DNA from: Octopus vulgaris | Taxonomy: Eukaryota | NCBI GenBank assembly: GCA_951406725.2 | Contig: OX597832.1 | Location: 34,286,001 to 34,350,000, forward strand | DNA: 64,000 bases | Reading direction: 5' to 3' | In this document: in pieces, positions 13,917 to 27,331 of the stretch | Position numbering within the stretch: position 1 is the first letter of the stretch | Layout of the letters: every line of letters starts with the position of its first letter | Position numbers and translations under genes: made by a program | The notes under the pieces: generated by a model | Databases searched by the model: none | What the model saw: only the letters and a program-made list of their open reading frames with translations | Told to the model about the DNA's origin: nothing

Positions 13917-14290
13917 ATGAATAAATAAATAAATGGAGTTGAAAGATGATGTTAAGAAAATTCCTTTACTTTTGACATATGTTTCGAAGACAACATGATT
14001 TTATTTCAAAGGAATAAACGATGTAAGATGCAATCTTCTCATGAGGAAAGAAAGGGAGCCTCTCTCAGCAACAAGACAATATAATGATTACGATGACTGC
14101 CTACATGATAAACATTAATAGTAATCATTATATTGTTTTGTTGGTGAGAGAGGCTCCCTTTCTTTCCTGTTGAGAATATTGCATCTTACACCCTTTATTC
14201 CTTTGGAATAAAACCATGTTGTCTTCGAAACATATGTCGAAAGTAAAGGAAGTTTATTACCATCTTCGTTCAACTCCATTTATTTATTTA

Positions 14291-14295
<5 letters not shown>
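13917..14295. mobile_element. Fold-back pair of Penelope-type terminal repeats
   Basis: Imperfect 175-bp inverted arms 13917-14091/14121-14295; the same sequence terminates the GIY-YIG element at 31441-31630. Confidence 0.8.
14162..14243 (+). ncRNA. Type I hammerhead ribozyme motif, core variant CUGUUGA (copies on - at 13121-13202 and 13969-14050)
   Basis: ctttc-CTGTTGA-gaata...tcttc-GAAA-catatg-TC-gaaag: helix I 5 bp, long helix II, palindromic helix III ACATATGT, GUC triplet. Confidence 0.75.
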
Positions 14296-14329
<34 letters not shown>

Positions 14330-15245
14330 TTTTTTTTCAGCTCAGAGCTGCGGCCATGCTGATGCACCGCCGTTTTGTGCTACACTGTTATTACTAACAG
14401 CCTCCTCTAATATGTGGCACTTGGTGAAGAATGGAGTTTGACATAGCTACTCGCATTTGCACCTCTTGCCGTGAGATAGGTTCCTCTGGGACTCTCGACA
14501 GGAAGATGTCCAGCTTTGATTTAAAACCTGCTACATCTACTTTGTGCAAGTTCCTCGGATTCTTTGGGAGAATATTAAAAAGCTGTGGGCCCTTGAAACC
14601 CAGGCTGTTGCAGTAGCTGGTCCTGAAGCGGGATGGCATTGCTAGGATCTTTGGCACTATGCAGTGTCGTCCCGTTCTAGCATTGGTGTAGCTTACAATG
14701 CCAAAATTTGGCACAAATCCTTCCAGGATCTTCCAGATATATATTACTGCATACCTCTCCCGTCTTCTCTCTAGGGAGTAGAGTCTTAGCTGTTTCAATA
14801 TTTCCCAGCAGCTGAGCTGTTGCAAAGAGACGATCTTCTTTGTGAATCTTCTCTGGATTGCTTCAAGGTCCGCTGTTAATTTCACACTGGTGGGTGACCA
14901 TAGCTGTGAGCAGTAATCCAGGCGGCTGAGGACGAATGTCCGCCAGAGGACCATCATGGTTTCCCTGTCTCTGAATGTTCTTAGGATCCACCCAGCCAGT
15001 CGTCTGCACTTTGTCGCCATCCTGGTAATGTGCACTTGGAAAGAGGTATCATCACTCATGTCGATACCCAGGTCCCTCACAGACTTATGCTCTGGGATTG
15101 AAATTCCCTGTGGACCGGTGTACCCTGTAAGCTTAATATTCAGTTTTGTATGCTGGTAGCGCAGGGCCTGGAATTTTTCAGCATTAAACTGCATATTTTC
15201 ATCCTCAGTCCATCTGTAGATTGATTCCAACACCTGCTGCAGGTG
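14330..15245 (-). mobile_element. 5'-truncated CR1-clade LINE 'B'
   Basis: ORF 14394-15233 with RT thumb and C-terminal motifs; tail CAGCATGGCCGCAGCTCTGAGCTGAAAAAAAA; (TA)n on both sides. Confidence 0.95.
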
Positions 15246-15287
<42 letters not shown>

Positions 15288-15350
15288 ATTCTTTAGAAAG
15301 AAAATGACACCAAACGTTTTAAAAAATTATGAAAATGGGAAATATATATA

Positions 15351-15423
<73 letters not shown>

Positions 15424-16088
15424 TTATATATTCACGCACATACACGTTCATACATATACATATGTTTATATGAAATGTATGTGCATAGGTGTTTGTGTGT
15501 ACTTATATTTATACATTTCCTATGAATATATACTCATGTATATTCATACACACAAGCATATTGTTGTTGTTGTTGTTGTTTCTTCCTAACCAAAACCACT
15601 GATCAGAATGTCACACTACAACAATATAAGGCAACTACCAAATTAATTTTATGAAGCAGAATATATTATTTTCTCATCACGTTACATTTACTTGTTACGC
15701 AATAATCCTTTAATCCGCACATAGAGCGGCGATAATCCCTATAGGTACATGTTTTGCATTTGCGACTCAAATTTAAACATTTAATATCACTAAATCATGA
15801 TTTTGTTTTTCTTGTTTATGTACAAATCCTCTTCTCACGTAAATGTAGGCGACGTTGCAAAGTGGTTAGGAGTATCGGTCAGTTTATTTCGCTGCATTTC
15901 TTCCTGCATTTGGAGATGCAAGTTCAACTCACGCCAAAGGCGAGGATGGCTTTAGGTCTATGATTCGAGTAGGATAATTTCTAGCTTGAAGCAATTCGCT
16001 CTCTTTTCAGAAAAAAAAATGTATTTAGGAAAGAACGTCGACGTGTTGTGTCATAATTCCAAGAACACTACACATTCATAGATTAATA

Positions 16089-16133
<45 letters not shown>

Positions 16134-16178
16134 AAACAAGTGAGGATATATATCAACTCGTGTGTTCCTTTTCATCCT

Positions 16179-16212
<34 letters not shown>

Positions 16213-16997
16213 TATATAGGTATAGGTTTTTCGGAACCTTTGCTTCCGAACTCATTCCGGTTACTGATTTCTCCGAATCAGGGGTGGGCACCTTGGTCTG
16301 CACACGCGGGATTAAACAAATATTCAATTTACATAAATTGTTAAATGAAACAAAGGTGCACGGACATTAGTAGAAATGATTGCCTTCATCGGCGGTGGCT
16401 GCGGCGGCGACGCCGATGGCAGCGGCACGACAGTGGCGGCGGCGGCGTTATCACGTGTCCAATATTTATTTTCTACGCTTGATTTATGGTGATACCATTG
16501 ATGTCTGTGTAGAGTAAGTCTTTCATAGAAAAGTCGATGGCATTGACTGCATGGAAATGTTTGTAGAGGACGAGGTGGATTTTTTTCGAGTCATTTCCTC
16601 CTTTCTTTTGATTTCTTCCTTTTCTCTCTGTTGCCTTCGAAGTTTTCGGTTCCGAAGATTTTGGTATAAATAAAACAAATTTATTAATATTGCACCAGTT
16701 GGGGGAATTTGTAGCTGCTCCTTGTAAATGAGTGTTGATTAAAAGATGTTCCGGACCAGCATCCGCACGTTTATTGAACTTGATATAAGTAAATCACCAG
16801 AAAGCAAACTTGCAGCGGCATTCAAAGGGCGATGATATTGTCTCTGATGGACATGCAGTGTTCAAAACCACTAACAATCTTTCGCTAAGAGATTTTATTG
16901 TGACGTAACATCGTAAATGCACTTGCGTAAGACTTACAACATTTCTGAGACTATGAAACTCGTAACATTTATATATATATACATATATATATATATA

Positions 16998-17443
16998 TAA
17001 ATTAATAAATAAATAAAACATATGCATATATACATACATATATGTACGTACCTACCTCTACATGTATATATACATGCATATATGGGTATAGGACACCAAA
17101 AAAACGTCGAACACAATGAGAAACGAAAACATAGACACAAAACCAAGGAAATGGACATTTTTCTTAAACAACGAAAAAATAGAGTACAGGACATACAAAA
17201 CAAGGAAAATTCCCCTTCTTCAGTCGCCTTTGTTTCATCTACTCCACGTTTCGAAGGTCAAGGCGATACATGACTTTAATGAAACCAATCCTTGGTTTTG
17301 TGTGTATGTTTTCGTTTCTCATTGTGTTCGACGTTTTTTTTTTTGTGTCCTATACCCATATATGCATGTATATATACATGTAGAGGTAGGTACGTGCATA
17401 TATGTATGTATATATGCATATGTTTTATTTATTTATTAATTTA
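16998..17443. mobile_element. Fold-back element with ~150-bp inverted arms, probably a Penelope-type terminal repeat
   Basis: Arms 16998-17149/17289-17443; the spacer has CGAAACG and CTGAAGA on the minus strand; a related copy lies at 5250-5390. Confidence 0.65.
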
Positions 17444-17487
17444 TTATATGACGGAACGCACGCATCCATTTCTAAGTAAGATTGTTC

Positions 17488-17544
<57 letters not shown>

Positions 17545-17946
17545 GTTGATGTGCATTGGTTTTATAAGGTATCTGCATTCTCTGTGAGGCTCATTGTGAC
17601 CACTTGACATTGACCTAGTTCTAATGCCAAATGTGTCCACCAAATAGTAGTAATTGGCATTGTAGTGTGACAATCCTTTTCTCTACATAAATTTCTTTAT
17701 ATGGAACTCTGACATCTCTTTCACCCCATTTCTATAAATAGAAAATCTTTGTTGTCTCCTTTCATTTGTCCTTTCCTCTCAGAACCTTACAGTGGTTCGG
17801 AGCAACTGAATTTTAGTCATTCAGTTGATAAGCTCCACTACCTCAAATGTTCTTAAAATTTAAATCCACATCTTTGTCTACATATCTACCTTCTCTATAA
17901 TGTTACCACTTGATATGAAAATTATGTATTAGTGGAAAACATCTAT

Positions 17947-18038
17947 TAATGGCTGATGAGGGCTCAGCATTTTAAAACTGTTGTAATACTTACAACATTT
18001 AATAAAATGATGTAGTGCGAAACGATCGTACCAAATTA
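17947..18038 (+). ncRNA. Type I hammerhead ribozyme with intact catalytic core
   Basis: taatgg-CTGATGA(17953-59)-g...59-nt helix II with inner hairpin tgttgtaa/ttacaaca...c-GAAA(18019-22)-cgatcg-TA-ccaaatta; palindromic helix III ACGATCGT; GUA triplet, predicted cleavage after 18030. Confidence 0.8.
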
Positions 18039-18090
18039 CCGGAGTTATTCTTGTTGCTTATTTTGATTATATATTTATATATATATATAA

Positions 18091-19135
18091 CCTACGCTAT
18101 CGTCCATTAATACAGGCTCCTGCTACCTACCCATAGTTATCACTATAGGTATCAGTAAACGGATTTCTATCTTTTATTCAAATAAAAATATTTTCGACGC
18201 AGCGGCTCTCGCTTACAATGAGGTGCTAGCGGCCACCGGGTTCAAAGAGAATATAGTATATATATACCAGGATTGAATAAGCATAAAAGGAAACGCCACC
18301 GAAAGACCTTATGGTTCGCTCCCCACGCCTTCTCCCTAAACGTCCGAACATGCGTAGGTAACATTTTTCTCAGGCTGGTTGATAAGCATTTCAGACGATC
18401 ACACAAATATAGAAAGATCTTTAACGGACATAATTTAAGAATCTCTTTCATTTGTGCACCCAATCTTAAGAAAAATTACTTAGCACTCCTGAACCACGGA
18501 CAAAGGCAGGTTGTTCACGCAGAATTAGAAATGAATGCCCAGTGGACGGCTGATGTAACACCGAGGCTACAGGGTACTAAGCAAAGGTAGCCTCAAATAG
18601 AAGCAGCACAAATATCAGTAACATCAATGCCAAACACAGGGACACACACTAAAATTTATGACGGATCTTGTGAATCCAAATTTAAAATTAGCCTGAACAA
18701 CCACTGATCTTCTTTCAGGGTCCTGGAGAGACGCAATACAACGGCAATTGCAGCATACATACGGCGCCTAAAAGACGATCATACGTCCTTTAACATTAGG
18801 CGGAATTTACTGGAAACCTGTGGGCCCTATCGCAATGGAACAAGTCTGTGTAAATTGTGTATGGCAGAAAGATATAGCATCCTCATAAACTCCAGGACAG
18901 AAGCCGTGGGGAGTTGTCCACATTTTCGGAAATTTTTACTTCAAAACTGGAAAACTTAGCTATCAAGCAAAGGAAGACAACTCGCCCAGCCATAATTTTT
19001 TAAGAGGAATATTTCGTGAACTATCACCGGCCTTCTTGTGTTTAAAAAAAACATTTTTTGCAGAGAACGGTTATCGTTTAGGGAAACTGAAGAGATGTCT
19101 AGTTCACGCTAGATATGAAACCAATGATTTTTTTT
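18091..19135 (+). mobile_element. Penelope-like retroelement, decayed 3' part (RT thumb/linker + GIY-YIG endonuclease)
   Basis: RKRHRKTLWFAP..FSLNVRTCVGNIFLRLVDKHF..SHKYRKIFNGHNLRISFICAPNL is the typical Penelope linker. KIYDGSCESKFK..NNH and CKLCMAERYSIL follow, with stops and frameshifts. Confidence 0.9.
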
Positions 19136-19272
19136 CTAAACTTTTATGTTACACATACAAAAACAAACAACTGCGCTATATTTTATAGGGTATGCTCTTC
19201 TCCTGATTTATGATATTGTAACGAAGATATATATATATATATATATTTTCATTCGTATATACATATACACAT

Positions 19273-19345
<73 letters not shown>

Positions 19346-19352
19346 ACATACA

Positions 19353-20593
19353 TACAAAGGGTGTTCATTAAAGATTTCCTCTGACCCATTTCCGGTAATT
19401 GCAGGAAACAGAACTTGTCACCTTGTAAATTGCAGCTTTCCACAAGCATTCCCTTCTATTTCACGGCTGCTGAAGTGGAATAATGAGTTAATAGAGGCAG
19501 TTGAATGCAGATTAGTGATCCGGCTCTTATACTTGAAAGACCGTTCACCAAAAGAGATTTTCGGTGAGATGAAAGAAGTATATGGTGACGATGCACCATC
19601 ATACGACGTAGTCAAGCACTGACATCGCTAGTTCAAATGAGGTCGAACATCGGTGGGAATTGCTCCTACTCATGCACGACCTCACTCCGCCATTGATGAC
19701 GACACCATCCATAAAGTGGACGCCTCCATTTTAGAGAATCACTGCATTACTTTTCTGTAACTAGACAAAGAAATGAAGATAAGTGTAGGGTCCGTAGAAA
19801 AAAAATCATTCACGACCATTTACACACGCAGAAGTTGTCTGCATGATGGATTACCCGGGTACTCACAATTCTTACAACTCTTCAGAAGCAGGAACAAGTC
19901 AGTTGCTCCCATGATTTTCTGGCAATGCGCCGAATAAACGAGGAAGACATTTTCAGCAGACTTATGAAACAGGGATGAAACATGGGTCCATCACTCTGAT
20001 CCTCAGACTAAAACCCAGTGGAACCAATGGAAGCATCATAACTCACCACCTTTAAAGAAGGCTCGTGTCCAACCCTCAGCAGGCGAGGTGATGTTCACAG
20101 TCTTTTGGGACTAGCACGGAGTAGTGATGATGGATTTTCTGGCTAAGGGCTCTGCAATTAACGGGGAATATTGTTTCTCTGTTGCAGAAATTGCGGGACA
20201 CCATCAAAGTAGAGACACGTGACATCCTGGCCAAAGGAGTTTGTCTCCACCAAGACAACGCCACAGTTCACAATGTACATGTGTTGCCTAGATGAAAGCA
20301 CACCCCCGCGTCTATGAAATCCTTCCTTATCCCCACTACTCTCCCGTACTCATACCATGTGACTTCCATCTCTTTCCAACCATGAAGGAGCACTTTTCGG
20401 ATGATGATGAACTTATTTCCGAGGTAAAATCTTGACTCCAAATACAAGCTACCGACTTCTACAGACAAGGTCTTCACAACTGTGTCAATGTTGATGGTAG
20501 CTCTGTGTACAAGGACTAATAATAATGCCAAGTTTCGTTTATCCCAATCCTTGGGAAGTGCATCAGGAGAAATCTTTAATGGCTACAAGCATA
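19353..20593 (+). mobile_element. Mariner DNA transposon, full-length, pseudogenised
   Basis: HTH (IFGEMKEVYGDDAPSYDVVKH), DETWVHH, HQDNA and PCDFHL motifs; degenerate TIRs sharing CATTAAAGATTT; TA flanks. Confidence 0.9.
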
Positions 20594-20646
20594 AAACCAA
20601 CCATGTAGATAAATTAATAAATACACACACACACACACATAGATAC

Positions 20647-20733
<87 letters not shown>

Positions 20734-21574
20734 GTTTACAACCCCATTAAGATCAACAAAAAGCTAATCCATCCAAAGAGAGATGATCATCATTTAATAT
20801 ATACAGCCTAAAAATATAAGCTACAATTAGTTCTTGCTTCGGAGACGCGGGTCCAAGCAGTTTTTATAACACGCCTATTTTTTCCAAGCAATTTTGAAGC
20901 TCTGGGAATATAGCCAAATCAATTTGCAAATTAGGACGCTGGTAAAAGAGAATTCACGAGAATAATGAAAGGAAGGTAGATGCAAAAGTGAGAGAGTGAA
21001 TATAAACGAAAAAAGAAATGAAAAGAAAAGAAAGTGAAGTACGGTAATGTCCACTTTCCCTGTAAAGCTACAATCAAGCTATTCGTTGGAGAATAATAAA
21101 ACGGTGAGAAGTCCTCCAGTTTGCTAAGAGGAATTTGTCCATGTATGAGCATTTGCTGAAAATTTCGGATCAGAAAATCCAAAAAGAATATGCAATCTTT
21201 CAGTTTCCCATAAATTTAAGATCCCTTAACGTGTGTTTTGGATTGCTTTCCGATTTTCCAGTTAATTGTATGTGACATGGAGTTAGCCTTCAAACCTTAC
21301 ACGTGGCTGGCCAAATTAGTGACTTTACTTTTGAAGAAAGAAGATAAACGGAATATGAATTTGTATTTTGATGTTGAAGATAATGTTACAAAATTACCCA
21401 CATTCTTGCAATTTATACACATACACAGAGGCACACAAACATACACACACCACACGTATATATATATATGCATGTATGTATATATATATATATGCATGTA
21501 TATATATATATATATATATGCATGTATGTATATAAAAATATACATATTCATATATGTTTATATATATATATATA

Positions 21575-21739
21575 GGCGCAGGAGTGACTGTGTGGTAAGT
21601 AGCTTGCTAACCAACCACAGGGTTCCGGGTTCAGTCCCACTGCGTGGCATCTTGGGCAAATGTCTTCTGCTATAGCTCCGGGCCGACCAATGCCTTGTGA
21701 GTGGATTTGGTAGACGGAAACTGAAAGAAGCCTGTCGTA

Positions 21740-21801
<62 letters not shown>

Positions 21802-22016
21802 CGTTTGCGTGTCTGTGTTTGTCCCCCTAGCATTGCTTGACAACCGATGCTGGTGTGTTTACGTCCCCGTTACTTAGCGGTTCGGCAAAAGAGACCGATA
21901 GAATAAGTACTGAGCTTACAAAAGAATAAGTCCCGGGGTCGATTTGCTCGACTAAAGGCGGTGCTCCAGCATGGCCGCAGTCAAATGACTGAAACAAGTA
22001 AAAGAGAGAAAAGAGT
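21575..22016 (+). mobile_element. SINE family 1, full length
   Basis: tRNA-like head, central (TA)n(TG)n, tail CAGTCAAATGACTGAAACAAGTAAAAGAG. Confidence 0.92.
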
Positions 22017-22378
22017 ATATATATACATAGAAATTGTAAGAATGCAGGCAAATTCTCGCCTCTCCAATATCACAGCACAATTTGATACACCGTTCAGCGA
22101 TTTTTTTTTCACCGTTTCCATATAATTTTTTGTTGTTTTCCTTTCCATTTTGCAGTTCTAACACTTTCCTACTTTTGTGCCTTCCAGTATTTATTAATGC
22201 GTTGACTTGTATCTTAGATTTACTTATATATTCCACTCATCAATATCTATATACCTGTGTAAAATATGCGTGTGCCTGTGTTTGTACGTGTATCCATCTA
22301 TAGTTATTTACATGTATATGCCTTCACTTTTTATATATACAAATATGTCTATTATATATTTATACGCATATATATACA

Positions 22379-22419
<41 letters not shown>

Positions 22420-22636
22420 TATATAATGAGAGAGGAGGGAGTAAGTGAGAGAGAGAAGAGAGAGAGCGAGAGAGAGTGACTCATCCATATTTATTCAGAA
22501 ATCAGATATGTATCTACGAATATTCGTGCATTTTATATACGAGTACATGTGCATGTGTGTGTATACATATATATATATATATATGTATATACTAATGTAG
22601 ATAATGCATATTAGACTATATACACGTAGATTAAAA

Positions 22637-23634
<998 letters not shown>

Positions 23635-23636
23635 AA

Positions 23637-23727
23637 GCTTAATCGGTCTCTATGACTGCTAAGTGTGAGACTTCTCAAAACACAGCATCGTTGTCAAAGC
23701 AATGCAGAGACAAACACAGACACACAA

Positions 23728-23764
<37 letters not shown>

Positions 23765-23924
23765 AATATATATATATACATATATACGACTCTTTCAGCA
23801 CAAATCACTCACAAGATGGCCCCTTCAGACAGGTGCCCAATAAGCTGAGTTGGTAACTGTAAACAGTCACTCCTGCACAATATATATATATATCTATATA
23901 ATATATATATTTATATCTACATCA

Positions 23925-23960
<36 letters not shown>

Positions 23961-24393
23961 CATACATATATATATATATACGTGTTATTTATGTTTGTGT
24001 GTCAACTAATGTATGAACATAACATCTACACTATTCTCTTCAAAAGTAGCACTAATTTAACTGTGGTTGGAATATTTCACTAAATTCTGGAAGAGAAAAA
24101 TAAAATAAATAAAGTATATGTCGTAATCACTATTTTTCACATGGACAAACCTCTTCCACTGGAATATATTCTACCACATGTGTTGTAATACGAGGAAATA
24201 CTTATTTCATTCTTTTTTTCTATATTCATCTCACTTTTGTACCTCCTTTCCTCGTGAACTTTTTAAACCATTTTATACCATATATTCTAAAAAAGACTGT
24301 TATAACTACATCAATATACACTGTATATATTAAAGATATCGAAGCGTACAAATGTATGAAATCTGTCTGTTGTCGTATGTCTTATTATATCTA

Positions 24394-24437
<44 letters not shown>

Positions 24438-26285
24438 TGTGTGTGTGTATATTAATATCTCAGGTATTTAAAACTTATATTCCTTATGTATGTTCGTACA
24501 CAGATACTCTTTAATTAAGATTGTCTTAATCTAGCATATGTTGGATAAGATAAGAAATAGATTATTTAAAGATTTCTTATGGTTAAAGAGATAACACATT
24601 ATCAAATATAATAAGGAAATTTCTGAACACTTGTGCTTTCTCCAATACATGACATTTAATGTATTGTTGATAAATAATTTCATATATCTTACTTTGTTTA
24701 CATTTCCAAAGAAAACAATATGTTGTCAAGAATATTGTGTTAAAATTACATATGTTATTACATAAAAAATGTTATTTTCTGTATGTCTTTATAATTGTTT
24801 ATATATTTCATGGGTATGTGAGATATTGTAATCGAAGACGTTCTGCTTCTAAATTGTAATTGTGTAAATATATAGTGGTTTATATAAACGTGAATATACA
24901 ATATTTGTCATTACAGCAAAATATGCTATTCTCATATATAATATATATAGTCATTTGTGTGCATGGTAGAACAATTCCATTTATTTATGTTGAATAGTGT
25001 TCATAAAATATTCATTAGAAAATGTTTTGTGAATCAAACATAAAAGGATGCCTATCTACATTCATTTAATATTATTACTTCGGCAACAAATAAATGGCTG
25101 TCGGGGTAACCTGTATATTCTCAGAGTTTTAAGAATATGAACATACATACACACAAACACAATATAAAATAAAAATATGTATGACAATGAAAATATATAT
25201 ATATATAAACTTCGTTCAATATAAATGGGAACATATACATTATTTGTATGAATAAAAATTTAGAAAAAATATGTATATATAACAATAACATATGTAATTT
25301 CCGCTCTAAAATGTTTTTAAATAAAGAGACAGTTGAATATTCTCATAGAATTATCTCAGTTTTTCCCCTTGCTTACTGCCATTTTAAAAATTTCCAATCA
25401 TTCTTCACGGCATTTTCATTTGAGTTTCAATCTTTCTGCCATGCACAATTTTTGATAAATATTGGGTTCCGTAAACCAATTTAAAACATACGCACAGTTT
25501 GTTATACACAGCATATACTATGATATAATATGATCAAATATATATATCTTATATTTATATAATTTTAGTGTGTGTCTTTGTTTTGGCATATGACTGTTCA
25601 CGCTGTGTGTTTGAGGTATTTGTATGTTTATGTATCCACCTGGGTTCTTTCACAATGCGTGCATATTTTGTGTGCAGAGTGCTACAGTGTTTCAAGGTGC
25701 TCCACAAAGAGGGACATATGTGTTAAGACTTCGTGTATGTCAGTATCAATGGTATGTATTTATATGGTGTGTGAAATAATCTCACCTTTTACACATCCAT
25801 ACAAATACATATTCTATATTCCCTATAGCAGGAAAAGGACGAATATAAAAATATTTATTATTTGTATATAAAGGTATGTATGATAAACCATTACAACATA
25901 GTAGGTAAGATGTATTATGGACGATAACGCAATTTTGTAAATAAAAAATAAGCAACAAGAACTTAATTTAATGTTTCATATACATCATTATTGTAAATGT
26001 TGCTTGATACAACAGTGTGTTAAAAGCTGTGTTCTCAGCCATTGTGTGTGTGTTTTCCATAATATATATTTTATGTGAAAGTGTGTGGTGTATGTATGAT
26101 AGTCTACGTGTACCCAAAATTCAGTTGTATATATACGCGTATGTATAAGGAGACAACAAGATTTTCTATTTATGGGGTGTATATAAGAATTTATGTAGGA
26201 CACAATACTACTATTTGGTGGACTTTCAAAGAAGTGAATGTCAAGTGGTCATGGTACTCACAATGCAGACCCCAAGCACATCAAT

Positions 26286-26334
<49 letters not shown>

Positions 26335-27231
26335 GAACAATCTTACTTTAGAAACGTTCCATCTTAATAAATTAATAAATAAATCATATGCATATATACA
26401 TGTATATATTACGTATATATACATGTATATATCTATATATGGGTTGGACACAAAAAATAACTCCCTGAGAAACGAAAACATACACACAAAACCAAGGATT
26501 GGTTCATAAAAGTCATGTACACTTCAATTCGAAACGTGGAGTGGGTGAAACAAACGACTGAAGAAAATTTTCCTATGTCCATGCTCTATTTTTAGTTGTT
26601 TAAGAAAAATGTCCATTTCCTTGGTTTTTTCTATGTATTTCTCATTTGTTAAAATTTTTGGTGTATACATATATGCAGATATATACATGTAGATAGGTAC
26701 GTACATATATGTATGTATATATGCATATGTTTATTTATTTATTAATTTATATATATTATATGTATATATATATAAATATACGAAATTTCAGTCTCAGAAA
26801 TGTTGTAAGCACCAAAGTGCATTTACGAGGTTACGTCACATAAAATCTCTTGGAAAGATTGTTAGTGGTTTTGCTCATCAGAGACAATATCATCGCCTTT
26901 GAATGCCGCTACAAGTTGCTTTCTGGTACTTTCTATATCAAGTTCAATAAACGTGCGGATGCTGGTCCGGAACATCTTTTAATCCCTCATCAAGGAGCAG
27001 CTACAAATTTTAAGCAATATTAATAAATGTTTTATTTATACCGTCTTCACCAAAACTTCGAAGGCAACAGAGAGAAAAAGAAGAAATCAAAAGAAAGGAG
27101 GAAATGACTCCAAAAAATCCATGTCCTCTAAACATTTATGCAGTCAATGCCATCGACTTTTCTATGAAAATTACTCTACACAGACATCAATGGCCAAAAT
27201 GCGTAGAAAATAAATATTGGACAGTGATAAC
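23637..27231 (-). other. Deletion-riddled inverted copy of ~16447-21920, probable fold-back read artefact
   Basis: Colinear reverse-complement anchors 27230/16448, 26290/17540, 25950/18055, 25320/19045, 24040/21330 and 23700/21835; ends at the gap. Confidence 0.85.
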
Positions 27232-27331
27232 NNNNNNNNNNNNNNNNNNNNNNNNNNNNNNNNNNNNNNNNNNNNNNNNNNNNNNNNNNNNNNNNNNNNN
27301 NNNNNNNNNNNNNNNNNNNNNNNNNNNNNNN
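27232..27331. other. Assembly gap (100 N)
   Basis: Run of N. Confidence 1.

Noticed and set aside
24040-26250. Apparently unique AT-rich sequence with small ORFs
   Set aside because: It is a degraded reverse-complement copy of 17.6-21.4 kb.
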